A DNA stretch of 63,798 nt, filler included, from Octopus bimaculoides (Eukaryota): assembly GCF_001194135.2 (NCBI RefSeq). It is 7 parts of 7 records of this genome, joined end to end, with 100 filler letters (N's around TTAATTAATTAA, not from the genome) between each part and the next. Parts side by side here need not be neighbours in the genome. Positions count along the whole stretch, not along the records: positions 46,815 to 51,847 come from NW_026379242.1; positions 51,948 to 58,261 come from NC_068994.1; positions 58,362 to 62,676 come from NC_069009.1; positions 62,777 to 63,798 come from NW_026340966.1; 3 more parts are not named here. One strand, given 5' to 3'. Shown here in pieces: positions 46,716 through 62,779 of the stretch. A program made the position numbers and the translations under genes. The notes under the pieces are model-generated. The model was not told the DNA's origin. It ran no database searches and saw only the letters and a list, made by a program, of their open reading frames with translations. Every line of letters starts with the position of its first letter. The first letter of the stretch is position 1.

Positions 46716-47126
46716 NNNNNNNNNNNNNNNNNNNNNNNNNNNNNNNNNNNNNNNNNNNTTAATTAATTAANNNNNNNNNNNNNNNNNNNNNNNNNNNNNN
46801 NNNNNNNNNNNNNNCATATATGGGTACCTCTATATCTACGAACTTCCCTAACTCCCTTCATATATATGCACTTATATATATTTACTTATATGCACGCATG
46901 TACGTAAGCACCAAAGCGCCTAAGCGCGCGCTAGCGTGTGTGTATGGAATATATGTTTAAGTTCGGTGGTACAAACACGAAAACTTGAGCTGAGTATATA
47001 AGAGCATAACTATGTGTGACCCGTATGTTGACACTTGAGTTGCGTGTTTCGTTCCCTGCGCAATTCGTACTGACTGGATCTGAACCCACGAATTGTATAT
47101 GTACCTTTGTAGCCCTGAGCTATACA

Positions 47127-47162
<36 letters not shown>

Positions 47163-47993
47163 NNNNNNNNNNNNNNNNNNNNNNNNNNNNNNNNNNNNNN
47201 NNNNNNNNNNNNNNNNNNNNNNNNNNNNNNNNNNNNNNNNNNNNNNNNNNNNNNNNNNNNNNNNNNNNNNNNNNNNNNNNNNNNNNNNNNNNNNNNNNNN
47301 NNNNNNNNNNNNNNNNNNNNNNNNNNNNNNNNNNNNNNNNNNNNNNNNNNNNNNNNNNNNNNNNNNNNNNNNNNNNNNNNNNNNNNNNNNNNNNNNNNNN
47401 NNNNNNNNNNNNNNNNNNNNNNNNNNNNNNNNNNNNNNNNNNNNNNNNNNNNNNNNNNNNNNNNNNNNNNNNNNNNNNNNNNNNNNNNNNNNNNNNNNNN
47501 NNNNNNNNNNNNNNNNNNNNNNNNNNNNNNNNNNNNNNNNNNNNNNNNNNNNNNNNNNNNNNNNNNNNNNNNNNNNNNNNNNNNNNNNNNNNNNNNNNNN
47601 NNNNNNNNNNNNNNNNNNNNNNNNNNNNNNNNNNNNNNNNNNNNNNNNNNNNNNNNNNNNNNNNNNNNNNNNNNNNNNNNNNNNNNNNNNNNNNNNNNNN
47701 NNNNNNNNNNNNNNNNNNNNNNNNNNNNNNNNNNNNNNNNNNNNNNNNNNNNNNNNNNNNNNNNNNNNNNNNNNNNNNNNNNNNNNNNNNNNNNNNNNNN
47801 NNNNNNNNNNNNNNNNNNNNNNNNNNNNNNNNNNNNNNNNNNNNNNNNNNNNNNNNNNNNNNNNNNNNNNNNNNNNNNNNNNNNNNNNNNNNNNNNNNNN
47901 NNNNNNNNNNNNNNNNATATATATATAAATACATATATATATATATACACACACACATTTACACATATATATAGACACTCACACAAACATATG

Positions 47994-48037
<44 letters not shown>

Positions 48038-48937
48038 ATGCACACACAATATTGTTGGTAAGCTAGAATCTTTCTTTATACCTAAAGGTTTCATGCGTTG
48101 GGAAGTCTGAAAGAAAGGGAATGAAACTATAGAAAGTATAGAAGCCTAAAGGAAACGCTGAATATCGATGTCGACAAAAGTATATAAAGTTAGCGTCGTT
48201 AACCTCCAGTTACGGACGGGATCACATAAACTTTCCATGACCACCATACTATTTTCTGTGGTACCTACTTAGTTTAGATTTGTCTTGCTCTACGATGACC
48301 TATGTGCCCTTCTTGGGGGCTAATGAACTGACATATGTTAGCTATTTCTAGCCGTTTAGGTGACTGCATTAAGACATCCTAGATTCGTTAAATGAGGCTT
48401 TGCCATATAATGTCTGTGTGTGTGTGGTGTGTGCGTGTGCGTATGTGTGTGTGTATATATGTATATGTGGAAAGGTGTATACACACGCGCACTCGCTCGT
48501 ATATATTTGCACTCACCTGCACACACTCATGTCTCACACACACTCATGTGTCACACACACTCATGTGTCACACACACTCATGTCTCACACACACACACAC
48601 ACACACTGGCACACACACGTATTGTTTATGTGTGTTTATGTATGTGCGTGTGTGGTTTGGAGGGTGTGGGGGAGCAGGGTGTGAGGGAGCAGGGTGTTTG
48701 GGGGTGGGTGGGTGTATGTATACATGAAGGCAAATATGTTTACAAATATATTTTTGTATATCTCATAACCATTGCTTGAGCGGTGACGGGTGTATATATT
48801 ATGGCATTCATCTGTTTATATTATGTGTGCGTATGTACGTATGTACGTATGTATGTATGGATGGATGGATGGATGGATATATGTACTTATGTGTCTAAGC
48901 GTGCATATATTTGTATGCATGTATCTATATATGTATA

Positions 48938-48974
<37 letters not shown>

Positions 48975-49861
48975 NNNNNNNNNNNNNNNNNNNNNNNNNN
49001 NNNNNNNNNNNNNNNNNNNNNNNNNNNNNNNNNNNNNNNNNNNNNNNNNNNNNNNNNNNNNNNNNNNNNNNNNNNNNNNNNNNNNNNNNNNNNNNNNNNN
49101 NNNNNNNNNNNNNNNNNNNNNNNNNNNNNNNNNNNNNNNNNNNNNNNNNNNNNNNNNNNNNNNNNNNNNNNNNNNNNNNNNNNNNNNNNNNNNNNNNNNN
49201 NNNNNNNNNNNNNNNNNNNNNNNNNNNNNNNNNNNNNNNNNNNNNNNNNNNNNNNNNNNNNNNNNNNNNNNNNNNNNNNNNNNNNNNNNNNNNNNNNNNN
49301 NNNNNNNNNNNNNNNNNNNNNNNNNNNNNNNNNNNNNNNNNNNNNNNNNNNNNNNNNNNNNNNNNNNNNNNNNNNNNNNNNNNNNNNNNNNNNNNNNNNN
49401 NNNNNNNNNNNNNNNNNNNNNNNNNNNNNNNNNNNNNNNNNNNNNNNNNNNNNNNNNNNNNNNNNNNNNNNNNNNNNNNNNNNNNNNNNNNNNNNNNNNN
49501 NNNNNNNNNNNNNNNNNNNNNNNNNNNNNNNNNNNNNNNNNNNNNNNNNNNNNNNNNNNNNNNNNNNNNNNNNNNNNNNNNNNNNNNNNNNNNNNNNNNN
49601 NNNNNNNNNNNNNNNNNNNNNNNNNNNNNNNNNNNNNNNNNNNNNNNNNNNNNNNNNNNNNNNNNNNNNNNNNNNNNNNNNNNNNNNNNNNNNNNNNNNN
49701 NNNNNNNNNNNNNNNNNNNNNNNNNNNNNNNNNNNNNNNNNNNNNNNNNNNNNNNNNNNNNNNNNNNNNNNNNNNNNNNNNNNNNNNNNNNNNNNNNNNN
49801 NNNNNNNNNNNNNNNNNNNNNNNNNNNNNNNNNNNNNNNNNNNNNNNNNNNNNNNNNNNNN

Positions 49862-51069
49862 GGTGGTGGTGGTTGTGGTGGTGGTGATGGTGGTGGTAAT
49901 GATGGTGGTGTCGGCGGCAGCGGTGGTGGTGGTGATAATGATGGTAAAGGTTGAAGTGGTAGTGATCGGAACATACATGTTGTTGCTGCTGTGGTAGCCG
50001 GTTTCTGTGTATGGAAGGTGGTGGTGATGGTCGCAGGCGGGTAGTATACGGGTGGGGGGTGGCATGTTGAAGTGATAGTATAGGGGATAGTGGTGATGAT
50101 ATGGTGGTGGCTGTGGTTGTAGTAATCGGAACAATGATGTAGTGGTGAAAATGTTAGTGTCAACGTGATAGTACAAGGGTAGTGGAGAATGTGATAGTAC
50201 TGGTGTTGTTGCTCTAGTGGTAGTAGAAGTTTGGTGGTCGTGGTAATAGTTTAGTTGTTGTGGTAGTATTGGTGGTAGTGTTTGTGGTAGTGCTGGTGGT
50301 AGTGTTGGTGGTAGTATAGTACAATACTGTTGATGGCAGCAATCTTTTCTCCTTGTTTAGCCCTGGGATAACTCTAATCAAACTGAACCGTGATCAAGAG
50401 TCTTCCAACCGTGACCCCTCCGTTATTTTTGGTGTGTCGAAGACAATAAACTATAACGTGTTCTTCGCTTTTTATTTCAGTCAACAGGGTGTTATTTGAG
50501 TTGTATTTGGCTACTATTTCTAGGAGATTGAACGACCACGTAGTGATTTCTTGTTATTGCTGTTGTTGGTGTTGTTGTTGTTGCTGTTGGTGGTGCTGTA
50601 GGTAGCGGTGGTAGCGGTGGTAGTGGTGGATAGTGCGGCGTACAAAGTGAAGAGTTGTTGGCTGGAAACGGATGCAAGGTGTTTGTGATGGGGGGACAAG
50701 AGGGATTTTGAGTCAAGAGAGAAGGGATGGGCATGGGAAGAAAGGCAGTAAATGAGCGACTGTAGTAGTGGTGGTGGTGATGGTGGTGGTGTTGGTGGTG
50801 GTGTTAGTGGTGGTAGCTATTGTTATTTGAAGAAATGATAGCCGTAATAGTTGCTTGATAGGTGAAATAACCAGCATTAGGGAGAAGGAAAGAAGGAGGG
50901 AGAGAGAGAGGGAGAGAGAGGGAGATGGTGAGAGAAGGAGAGAGGAAGGAGTAAGAGAAGGGGAGGAGAGAGAGAGATGGGATCAAGCGAGTAAAATAGA
51001 AAGAGGATTAAGTTGATAGATAGATAGATCGACAGATAGATAGATAGAGAAAGATAGATAGATAGATAG

Positions 51070-51107
<38 letters not shown>

Positions 51108-51174
51108 CAAGACAGAGATAGACTGATGAATAGATACATNNNNNNNNNNCATAGACTGATCGATCGGTTGATAA

Positions 51175-51232
<58 letters not shown>

Positions 51233-51804
51233 GCAGACAGGTATATAGCTAAATAGACATACATACAGACAGACTGACAGACAGGCAGACTAACAGACAG
51301 ACAGACAGATAGATCGATGGATCGATGGATCGATAGCTAGAAAGATGGATAGATGGATAGATAGGCATAGGGGTATCTAGCTAAATAGACAGTAATTCAA
51401 TGTGGAAGTTGCAACGTTTAGAAGAAGAGGGGACAGGTGAAAATAGAGAGCGTAGGAGAGGGAAAGAGAGATAGAAAGAGAAAGAAGGAAAGAAAGAGAA
51501 AGTGAGAGAGAGTGGGGGAGTAAATTGAAGCTAATTTGCCGCTGTTTAGCCCCAGGCCGGCTCCTCATTGAGCACTCCTATCATGAAAAGTGTGCCAACC
51601 CCGATCATCAACTTTCTTTTTTTTTTGTTTCTTGTCTTTGTCATAGTAAATCTAGGACTACATGTGTTCTGCGCTCTTTCGTTGAGTAGGATGACTATTG
51701 GGGCTATTTGACTGTTGTTTCTAGCATCTCAATCGATCAATTAGAAGCAATCTCTTAGAAATGTCCCTGAGAGATATAGGAAGAGGTAGGAATAAAAAGT
51801 AGAG

Positions 51805-51847
<43 letters not shown>

Positions 51848-52152
51848 NNNNNNNNNNNNNNNNNNNNNNNNNNNNNNNNNNNNNNNNNNNNTTAATTAAT
51901 TAANNNNNNNNNNNNNNNNNNNNNNNNNNNNNNNNNNNNNNNNNNNNGATAAATATATAGATAAATAGATAGATAGATAGATAGATAGATGGATAGATAT
52001 CTAAATATATGTATGTTTATCTATCTATTTATCTCTCTCTGTCTATATGTATATACATATAGATAGATAGATTCACACATACACACACACACTCTCACAT
52101 GCATATATGCATGTATGTATGTATATATACATGTATATATATATGTAGATGT

Positions 52153-52200
<48 letters not shown>

Positions 52201-52330
52201 ATAGATAGATCTATATCTAAATATATGTATGTTTATCTATCTATCTATTTATCTCTCTCTCTATATATATATAGATATAGATAGATAGATTCACACATAC
52301 ACACATACACACACACACATACAAACATAT
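49862..52330. repeat. (GGT)n, (GTT)n, (GA)n and (GATA)n simple-repeat field with gaps
   Basis: Direct inspection. Confidence 0.85.
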
Positions 52331-52937
52331 ATATTCACATACACTTGCATACATATACAAAACTATTCTATTCCTTATAAATATCTCAGCCATAACCATC
52401 AAAGAAATATGTATTCAATATCACACGGAAACACTTCTGAAATATGATATATGTACCTCAGTCTAAAGATAGACTTGTACATTTATTATAGACATGCCAG
52501 ATTGTATACACTACATCTCAGTCCATGGTAATATTAGAGACAAAAATTGTTTTGATATATAAATGATTTAATTGATTCTTTCTTTGAAGAGTGGTGATGA
52601 GTTTTCTGACACTATTTGATACAAAACGTTTTTTTTTTTCACACTGTGAACATCATCAGTAAAGCCAAACCAACTGGATTGAGACTATAATGTTGACTGA
52701 CTTGGTAGCTATTGTTACAATAAAAAAATGTCCTTTCATTTTCTTTACAAGTTAACATCTCTATGTAGTTGACCGTAACTATGGTAACATTTTAGCTGGC
52801 TTTTACAGTGGCACTATTTATTCTTACCTCTTCAACACCCATCTTTGTATGTATGTGTGTGTGTGTGTGTATGCGTGTGTATCCGTGTGTATGTGTGTGT
52901 ATGTTTGTGTACTTGAGTGTGTGTGTGTGTGTGTGTG

Positions 52938-52976
<39 letters not shown>

Positions 52977-53453
52977 CCGTGTGCGTGCGCACGCGCGCGT
53001 GCATGTATCTGTGTGTGTATATATATTCCTTCCTGCACACCCACCTCCACCCTTTTGCATTTTCTTCTCATCTCTATGGTGGCAGGAACCTTTATACGTG
53101 ATTCCGATTCCGATGTTGTCGAGGCCCACTAGAGAAACATTACCTTGCTTCATCGACAAGCACCATAGAGAACTGCACTTACACAACAGAGAATCAGATG
53201 AAACTGTAGTAAACCTTTCAGCACAAGTCCTCTCTCTCTCCTCCTTCATCTAGTAGTAACTCTCTCTCGCTGTATATATTTCTTTTCTACATTCAAACAC
53301 AACAGGCAGAAATGCAAAATAGATAAATCCAAACATCATTTCAATATAATTACCAGTAATACAAAATATATTCAGTATTAGGTTTGAAAATAGTCAAGTG
53401 ATAATTAGCAGGTGAAAAATCTCTGTATGTATGTATATAGAGATGTGTGTGTG

Positions 53454-53487
<34 letters not shown>

Positions 53488-54199
53488 CATATATGTATGT
53501 AAAATGGTTTATGCTATTCTCCCTCTCTTCTTCCTCTCTACTCTTGGCATCCTTTCTCCTCTCCACTCATGTTACTCAATGGCTGTTTGTGAATGGTTTC
53601 TTTCTGCAGCATCGATACATTTTCTATACCTACAATTTGAATAAAATGGATAGGCGAGAAAATAAAAGGGCTTACCTGTAGTTTGTTATCCATTTGGATC
53701 CACTATGGCTGGAGACTTGTGTCGTGGAAGTCAGAGCTACTCTTCCTGCAGTAGAGCGACAACAGTATTCACTTGGTGAGTTTGAGTCTTAAGTGAGTAG
53801 CAGAGAACCAGCAGTTCTACGGAGAATCTGCTGTGATAGTCTCACTCTGTGTCTGAGTGCGTGTGTGTTTGTGTGCCTGTGTGCTTCTGTATGTGTGTGT
53901 CTGTGTCTATGTCTGTCTGTCTGAGTGTAGGGGGAGCATGTGTGTGTTAGTCTACTTCCCTGTGTCTCTTCCACAATCAGTGTGCAAGGTTCGTCTGGCT
54001 TTGTGTACATATGCAAGTAATTTTACACTCAATTTGTGTATATATATATGTATATATATTTGTGTATGTGTGTATATATGTAGTATTTCTATAGGTATAT
54101 GACTGTAGATGCAAGTGCCCTACTTTGATCCCATACATGTGTAAGAATGTGCATGCAAATGTATGTGCATGAATGATACACGCATATGATGAAGTATCT

Positions 54200-55830
<1,631 letters not shown>

Positions 55831-56016
55831 TTATTAGAAAAAAACAAGAGCAAATAACTCAGAACATCCAATATAATGAATTTGGATTAAGCTGTCGAGT
55901 AATATAAGTTAATGCCATGCTCAATTAGTTCTTAATTTATTAAAATTTTGCTCAGAGTTGCAGTTGGAAAACTAAATCCTAATGGTTATTCTCAAAAAGG
56001 GGGAGATAATTTCGAG

Positions 56017-56408
56017 TGTGTGGTAAGTAGCTTGCGTACCAAGAACATGATTTCTGGTTCAGTCCCACTGCGTGGCACCTTGGTCAAGTGTCTTCTATTA
56101 TAGTCTCGGGCTGACCAAAGTCTTGTGAGTGGATTTGGTAGACGGAAACAGAAAGAAGCCCATCGTATATATGTATATATGTGTGTGTGTTTGTGTGTCT
56201 GTGTTTGTCCCTTCCAACATCGCTTGACAACCGATACTGCTGTGTTTACATCCCTGTAACTTAGCAGTTCGGCAAAAGAGACCGATAGAATAAGTACTAG
56301 GCTTACAAAGAATAAGTCCTGGGGGTCGATTTGCTCGGCTAGAGGTGGTGCTATAGCATGGCCACAGTCAAATGACTGAAACAAGTAGAAGAGTGAATGA
56401 GTAAAAGA
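56017..56408 (+). mobile_element. Near full-length SINE family A
   Basis: Head, central (TA/TG)n and 3' half all match other copies. Confidence 0.8.
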
Positions 56409-57656
56409 GTAATTACTTTTTGTCTTTAATTTACTTGCTCATGATGAGGTGGATGTCATATTTGTTTACAGATAAGGGACAATTATGGACATAAGTTTTA
56501 CTATTATTAACCCTTCATAGCACAGTTTGGCTAAGCTCTCATATCGGAGGATAAGTTTTTACAGTCTGAAAAAATGTTTCATGTATCTTTTGGCAAGAAT
56601 AACTTGCATAATTGAATGTAAACTGAACTAAGGGAAATTACTCAAATGGGCCAAAGGCATGAATTTTTACATGTGTGTATATGTGTGAAGGTTTGCAGGG
56701 AGGGTTGTATTTCTGAAGTTTTATGAGTATGAGTACATGAGCAAGTGTCCTGCTTTGATCATGTGTGTATAAGAACGAGTCTACAAATGTATATATCTGA
56801 AAGATTCGTGCATGAGAGGAAGAGAGGAAGTGTGTGTGTATATGTATGTATGTATGTTTGTGTGTGTGTGTATGTAAATATGTATATATATATGTAAAAT
56901 GCATGTTTCTGTATATACATTCATACACATATACATATATGCATGTATGCATACATACATATATACATACATACAGGCATACATACATATTATATTGTTC
57001 ACTGTTCTGTTATGCTAAGATCAACAAAAGAATTACTCCATCAAGTGAGAGTTAAATATTGTTTAATGTACACTGCATGAAAATAAATATTAGTAGCTCT
57101 TATTTTAAAACTGTGTACATAAAACTATATATAAATTTAAGTCACAATATATGGATTTAACCATATATATATATATATATATATATGAGCATATACACAC
57201 ACATGTTTATGTACATACATACATACATACATACATGCATACATAGAAAACTTAATGTATTTCATGAATGGTGCCTCAGAAAGATCATGTAGGTCAACTG
57301 GCAGGTCTTTGTCACTGGCTGGCCAGATTCTCCATCTATCCAATCAATGGCACTCAAAAACAGCTGTAACTCAGGCTCCAGGAATAAAAAGAGCAGGTGA
57401 AAGTTCACGTGGTAGCAGACATTTCAAGATGACCCGATGAGAGTCAACTTTGCATGGACGGGATGTGCCAAAGTACCAACTGACCGAACACACAGTGTAG
57501 GAAGAACTAAAGCTAAAGAATTACATATACACATACCCAAGTGCATATACTCACACACACACACACACGCTCACACATACGTACACACACACATACATAC
57601 ACATACATATATGTATACGTTTATGAGTAAGTGTGTGTGTCTGTGTTTCTCTACCT

Positions 57657-58061
57657 GCCATCACTTGACAACAAATGTTGGTGTGTTTCTGTCCTTGTAA
57701 CTTAGCGGTTCAGCTAAAGTGACTGATAGACTAAATACTAGGCTTACAAAGAATAAGTCCTGGAATTGATTTCTTTGACTAAAGGCAGTACTCCAGCATG
57801 GGCGCAGTCAAATGACTGAAACACACACATGTGTATGTGTATGTGTGTGTGTGTGTGTGCATATGTCTATATATATATTCTTTTATTCTTTTACTTGTTT
57901 CAGTCATTTGACTGCAGCCATGCTGGAACACTGCCTTTAGTTGAAGAAATCAATTCCAGGACTTATTCTCTGTAAGCCTAGTACTTATTCTATCATCACT
58001 TTAGCTGAACTGCTAAGTTACAAGGACAGAAACACACCAACATTTGTTGTCAAGTGATGGC
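57657..58061. repeat. Tail-to-tail inverted pair of SINE A 3' halves (57657-57823 and 57896-58061)
   Basis: Arms of about 166 bp, roughly 90% identical by eye, separated by a TG/TA spacer. Confidence 0.85.
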
Positions 58062-59021
58062 NNNNNNNNNNTCTAGCAGAAACTGCTTGAAGCTACTGAA
58101 GTACATATGATAATCGTTTTCTCCTTTGTCGTCTCTTTTCTTATTACTGCTCTATGCTCGACTAATGCTTTATTCAGAAGCACACATGTATTTAGTTCTG
58201 CACCAGGTTATCAGTATTGCAATGCCTAAGTGAAATTTGTGTGTGTGTGTGTAAATGTATANNNNNNNNNNNNNNNNNNNNNNNNNNNNNNNNNNNNNNN
58301 NNNNNTTAATTAATTAANNNNNNNNNNNNNNNNNNNNNNNNNNNNNNNNNNNNNNNNNNNNTATATATATATATATGAAGTAAAAGCAACTCAAGTATAA
58401 TAAATATTGTTAATATACTGATGTATCTTCCTTGTATATTTTCCGGTGGCTGCAGTGGTGTAGCGGAATGAATAACTCTTATGTCGCCGGTGTTAAGACA
58501 CCTTAGAGCTGTGTACAGGCGAGATAACTCACCCTCAATCCCATTTGAGAATGATGGACATCCATGTTTCGTCCTTTTAGTGGTCTACGAACACCACCTA
58601 CCTGTCTGGGTTGAAGGCGATTCAACTAGCCAGTCCAACGATTTATATGCTCATGGCTCGTACAATCATGAGCTGGTATGCCCCGTAATTGCATACACCT
58701 AAGAGAAAATTTATATATGTAGTAAAAGTAGCTCTTGTGTAATAAATATATGTATGTGTATATATCTCTCTATATATATATATATAATCTTTACTCTTTT
58801 ACTTGTTTCAGTCATTTGACTGTGGCCATGCTGGAGCACCGCCTTTTAGTCGAGCAAATCGACCCCAGGACTTATTCTTTGTAAGCCTAGTACTTATTCT
58901 ATCGGTCAATTTTGCCGAACCGCTACGTTATGGGGACGTAAACACATCAGCATCGGTTGTCTAGCGATTGGGGGTGTGGGCAGATACAGACACTCAAACA
59001 CATACACACATACAGACATGC

Positions 59022-59082
<61 letters not shown>

Positions 59083-59739
59083 GTTGTATATTTATGTATG
59101 TATATATATTAAAACACACCGAAGGGTGGTCATTTTTTAATTGTTTTCTCTGAATGGCTGGTTTTTTTTTCCGTTCGCACGCTTGAGTCGTGAAAAGTCT
59201 GTTTGTTTGACTGAAATGTTGTCTGGTCGCAACTACCCTCCACCAGGTGTCGTGAGCTATGTGTTGTGAGCCATGTGGTGGGCTTCGCTGGATTAACCCT
59301 GAAGTAAAATAAGCACGTGCGTAGGGCGTCAAGGGAAGTGGGGGGGGGCGAAAACAATGGTAAATGGTTTACGGCACAAAGCGAATCACTTTAAACTTTC
59401 TCAAATAACATTCAAAGTGTTTTGTATGATCGAAAATACAATTTCGAAGTCTTCATGGTGTCATAATGAGAATCTGATCAAAGACTTTGCGATTAAAAAA
59501 AATGTAGGAGAAAACGTTTCAAATGTAAATAAAGTAGAAATATGCAAAAATATCATTTATCTTCCATCTAACTGTTAGTTTCGTTTCATTTTGAATGATA
59601 AAAGTTTATTTCACGCTTTACAATCGTTTATATCTTGAATTTCATATGTATATAGAGGTAGCGAAAATCTTAAGTGCTCTATGTGTCTTACTTCGGCCCA
59701 TGTGGTGGATATCCACGTTAGTATTCTATGGACGGTTCG

Positions 59740-60187
59740 TATTGGTGAGAAGCTGTCGTCATATCCTTGCTCTACGCTACCGAATTTCAAACAGCAGCAT
59801 CCGAGGATAATGCCAACGGCAGCCGACCATTGAAGACTAAGTCCGACAGCGCTGGCTACAATGGTTTGGCCACATCTGCAGGATGAGCACCGGAAGACTA
59901 CGAACGACGCAAACTGTTGTGGGGACAGCAACCCACGCACTGGAGAATTCAGCGCAGTGCACCAAAGAAGACTTGGGACAAACAAACTGAGGAAAACCTG
60001 AGGTTGCAGCACCTCCACCTCAAGCATGCTGAGGCCAGCACCATGGATCAGAAAGCGTGGGATAACATAATCACCAGAGTCTGCCAGCCAGCGGCAACTA
60101 CAGCAGTATATTGGTTGAGAGGATAGCCTCCTACTCTGGTCGCTAGAGAGGGATAACTGAACTCACTCACTCACTCACTCACTCACT
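59740..60187 (+). mobile_element. RTE-clade LINE 3' fragment with (TCAC)n tail
   Basis: RHILALRYRISNSSIRG*CQRQPTIED*VRQRWLQWFGHICRM and (frameshift) LLWGQ..RSAPKKTWDKQ, an RTE C-terminal pattern. Confidence 0.75.
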
Positions 60188-60964
60188 CGGAGGGGGACCA
60201 CATTCTCAAGGAAAACTCCTAATGTCTGCGAAAATCAATAAGGCTAATGAGTTTCAGCGCAATAACTACGGATAAGTTCCAGAAATCCTTGACCTGACTG
60301 TGCTACCAATGTTGGAGAGTAGTGCTGGCATGGCTGGCAACGGTTAATGGTGAACGCGGAAGCACATTCAGGCCACTGCGTCTATGGTCTTTGAGAGTGG
60401 ATATCCATTACAACGTCGACTGCAGCCGACCGTCGGACATTGTCAGCATTTGTGAGGGGCGTGGTGAACTTGTCGGCCGGAGCCGGCTCAACCAAACCCG
60501 GGTGAATGCCGCCGCAAGTTCAAGTACCAAAGCACCTCCTTAACAATAACAGTAGAATCGTTAAAGCACTGCAGTACTTGATCTTATTCGTTACATTCTA
60601 AGTTCGAATCCTGCTCGGACCAACTTTGCCTTTTCTCTTTTCGGGGAAGCGGATAATATAGTTTATCAGTCAAGTACTGGGGTCGGTAGTCAAGTACTTA
60701 GCCCTTTGAAATTGGTTGCTTGTACCAAAGATAAGAAAAGGGGTGAACACGCAAGCAGAATCGTTGGCGCGTCGAACAAAATGCATAGTGGTCTTTCCAG
60801 CTCTTTACGATCTAGGTTCAAATGCTACGAAAGTTAATTTTACTTTTCCTCATTTCATGGGTAGATCAAATAAAAGAATGAGTCGTGTACGGGAGTCGAT
60901 GGTAACGAGTAATACTGTCGATTCAAAATTGCTGGCCTTGAGCCAACATCAGAAACCACTAATG

Positions 60965-61480
60965 TCTTTATTGTTATTATTGACTGAGAGAGCAGCACAC
61001 GGCATCAAAGTGACACGAAGCCCAATATACACATCATGACTACCCGTCTGATAAGGGTACACCAGACACATGCATCACAACCATATGTGCGTGACATGGT
61101 AATCTCATATCAAGATAAACAGTGCATGACCTTGCAGGTGGGGCCCAGTTAGAATTTTCTTCAGGTCGAGTAGCCCATACCGCTCAAAAGGTTCCTGGAT
61201 AAGGGTTGTTTAAGGATGTTGAACGAAACACCCATGTTTCAAGGGTGACTTTTTCAAACCCCAAAGAATTCCTTTCAACACATAGCTATGTTGCTCCGCA
61301 ACTACTTCTGTTTGCGATTAGAGATGCACATATCGTCAGCCACCAATTGGTTATGGTCAAACAACTGACAAGCAAATCTGTGGTATGCAGCAGAGTAATT
61401 ATTGTAGCCCATCTGTTATACCAAGACAAAACTTATACGTAATAAAACTTCCAATTGGTTAAGATCAGAAGCCACGGGAA
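60965..61480 (-). mobile_element. (AAT)n-tailed dispersed repeat, longer copy of the family at 7208-7470
   Basis: Reverse-complement similarity to 7208-7450. Confidence 0.65.
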
Positions 61481-62394
61481 CCACTGGCTAGTACTGCATC
61501 CAGGGGTCAAAGTGATCACCTTACTCTGCCCCCACCCCCCACCCCCAAAAATTGCTGGTCTTGTGTCAAACATTGAAATCATTATAATTCAGGCGTCGAG
61601 CTAATAGAATCATTAGCACGCCGGACAAAATGCTTGGCGGTTTTCGTCCGTCTTCACGTTCTATGTTCAAATTCCGTTGAGGTCGACTTTGCCTTTCATC
61701 CTTTCGAGGTTGATGAAAATAAGTACCAGTTGAGTACTGGGGTCGATGTTATCGACTATGCCCCTCCCCACAAAATTTCAGGCCTTGTGCCTATTGTACA
61801 AAGGATTATTATTGTTATTACTCTCCATGACTTGGGCCTTTGTAGCCAATAAAAGTCAGTTGCAGCAGCAGCAGCAGTTCAATTGTTCAATAGGAGAATT
61901 ATCGCTTACGTGATCTAAATAAAATATCTTTCTCAGCATGCAATTGAAAAACTCTTTTTTCATCAAGCGCCTCAAGTGTGAATATTTTAGAGTTTGCCGT
62001 ATATATGTCGCTGTGTGTGTGAGTGTGTGTATATATATATACCAGCTATGTTACTGTCTATGTGTATATATATGCATTTTTTCAATATGGCATCGATGTG
62101 TGTCGAAAGGTGTGTGAATGTTTATACTCACATGTGAGTTTGTTTATATACAGAAAATCTACATTTTCTTCTCATAAACGCGTGTAATGCCTTTTACATG
62201 AATATATACCTGTATATATTTATATATATAAAGGTGTGTGTGTGTGTGTGTGTAAAATGGGTGCATCTGTGTATTTATGTATGTGTATAATGTATATATG
62301 CATTTTCGTTTGTACATATCTCTCTCTGCAGTCATATATCTGCGTATGTATGCGTAATGCGTAGATGTGTGTGTATATCTACTTGTGACTTTGC

Positions 62395-62438
<44 letters not shown>

Positions 62439-62779
62439 GTATGAAGATATACTTTCATGTACATATATATATATATATATATACATACAAGAATAAGGGC
62501 AGAGAATCGTCAATTAATAATAGAATTAATAATTAACAATTTTGCCAAGTAGTTCAGTATGAAAAAAACCTTTATCGGTAGAACTATTTATCATCATAAA
62601 TATACAGGGATTAGCAATTGAGTTGCTTCTCCAACATACTGAAAATTCAGAAATAGCAGTCAAAGAACTACTGATTNNNNNNNNNNNNNNNNNNNNNNNN
62701 NNNNNNNNNNNNNNNNNNNNTTAATTAATTAANNNNNNNNNNNNNNNNNNNNNNNNNNNNNNNNNNNNNNNNNNNNTAA

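Noticed and set aside
47030-47100. GAAAC-ac..gtgt-C on the minus strand plus a small caattcgt/acgaattg hairpin
   Set aside because: No hammerhead 5' core found, and the short stems are expected by chance.
58553-58574. GGACGAAAC-atggatgt-C on the minus strand, resembling the 3' half of a hammerhead
   Set aside because: No CUGANGA or pairable stem II upstream, so at best a decayed remnant.
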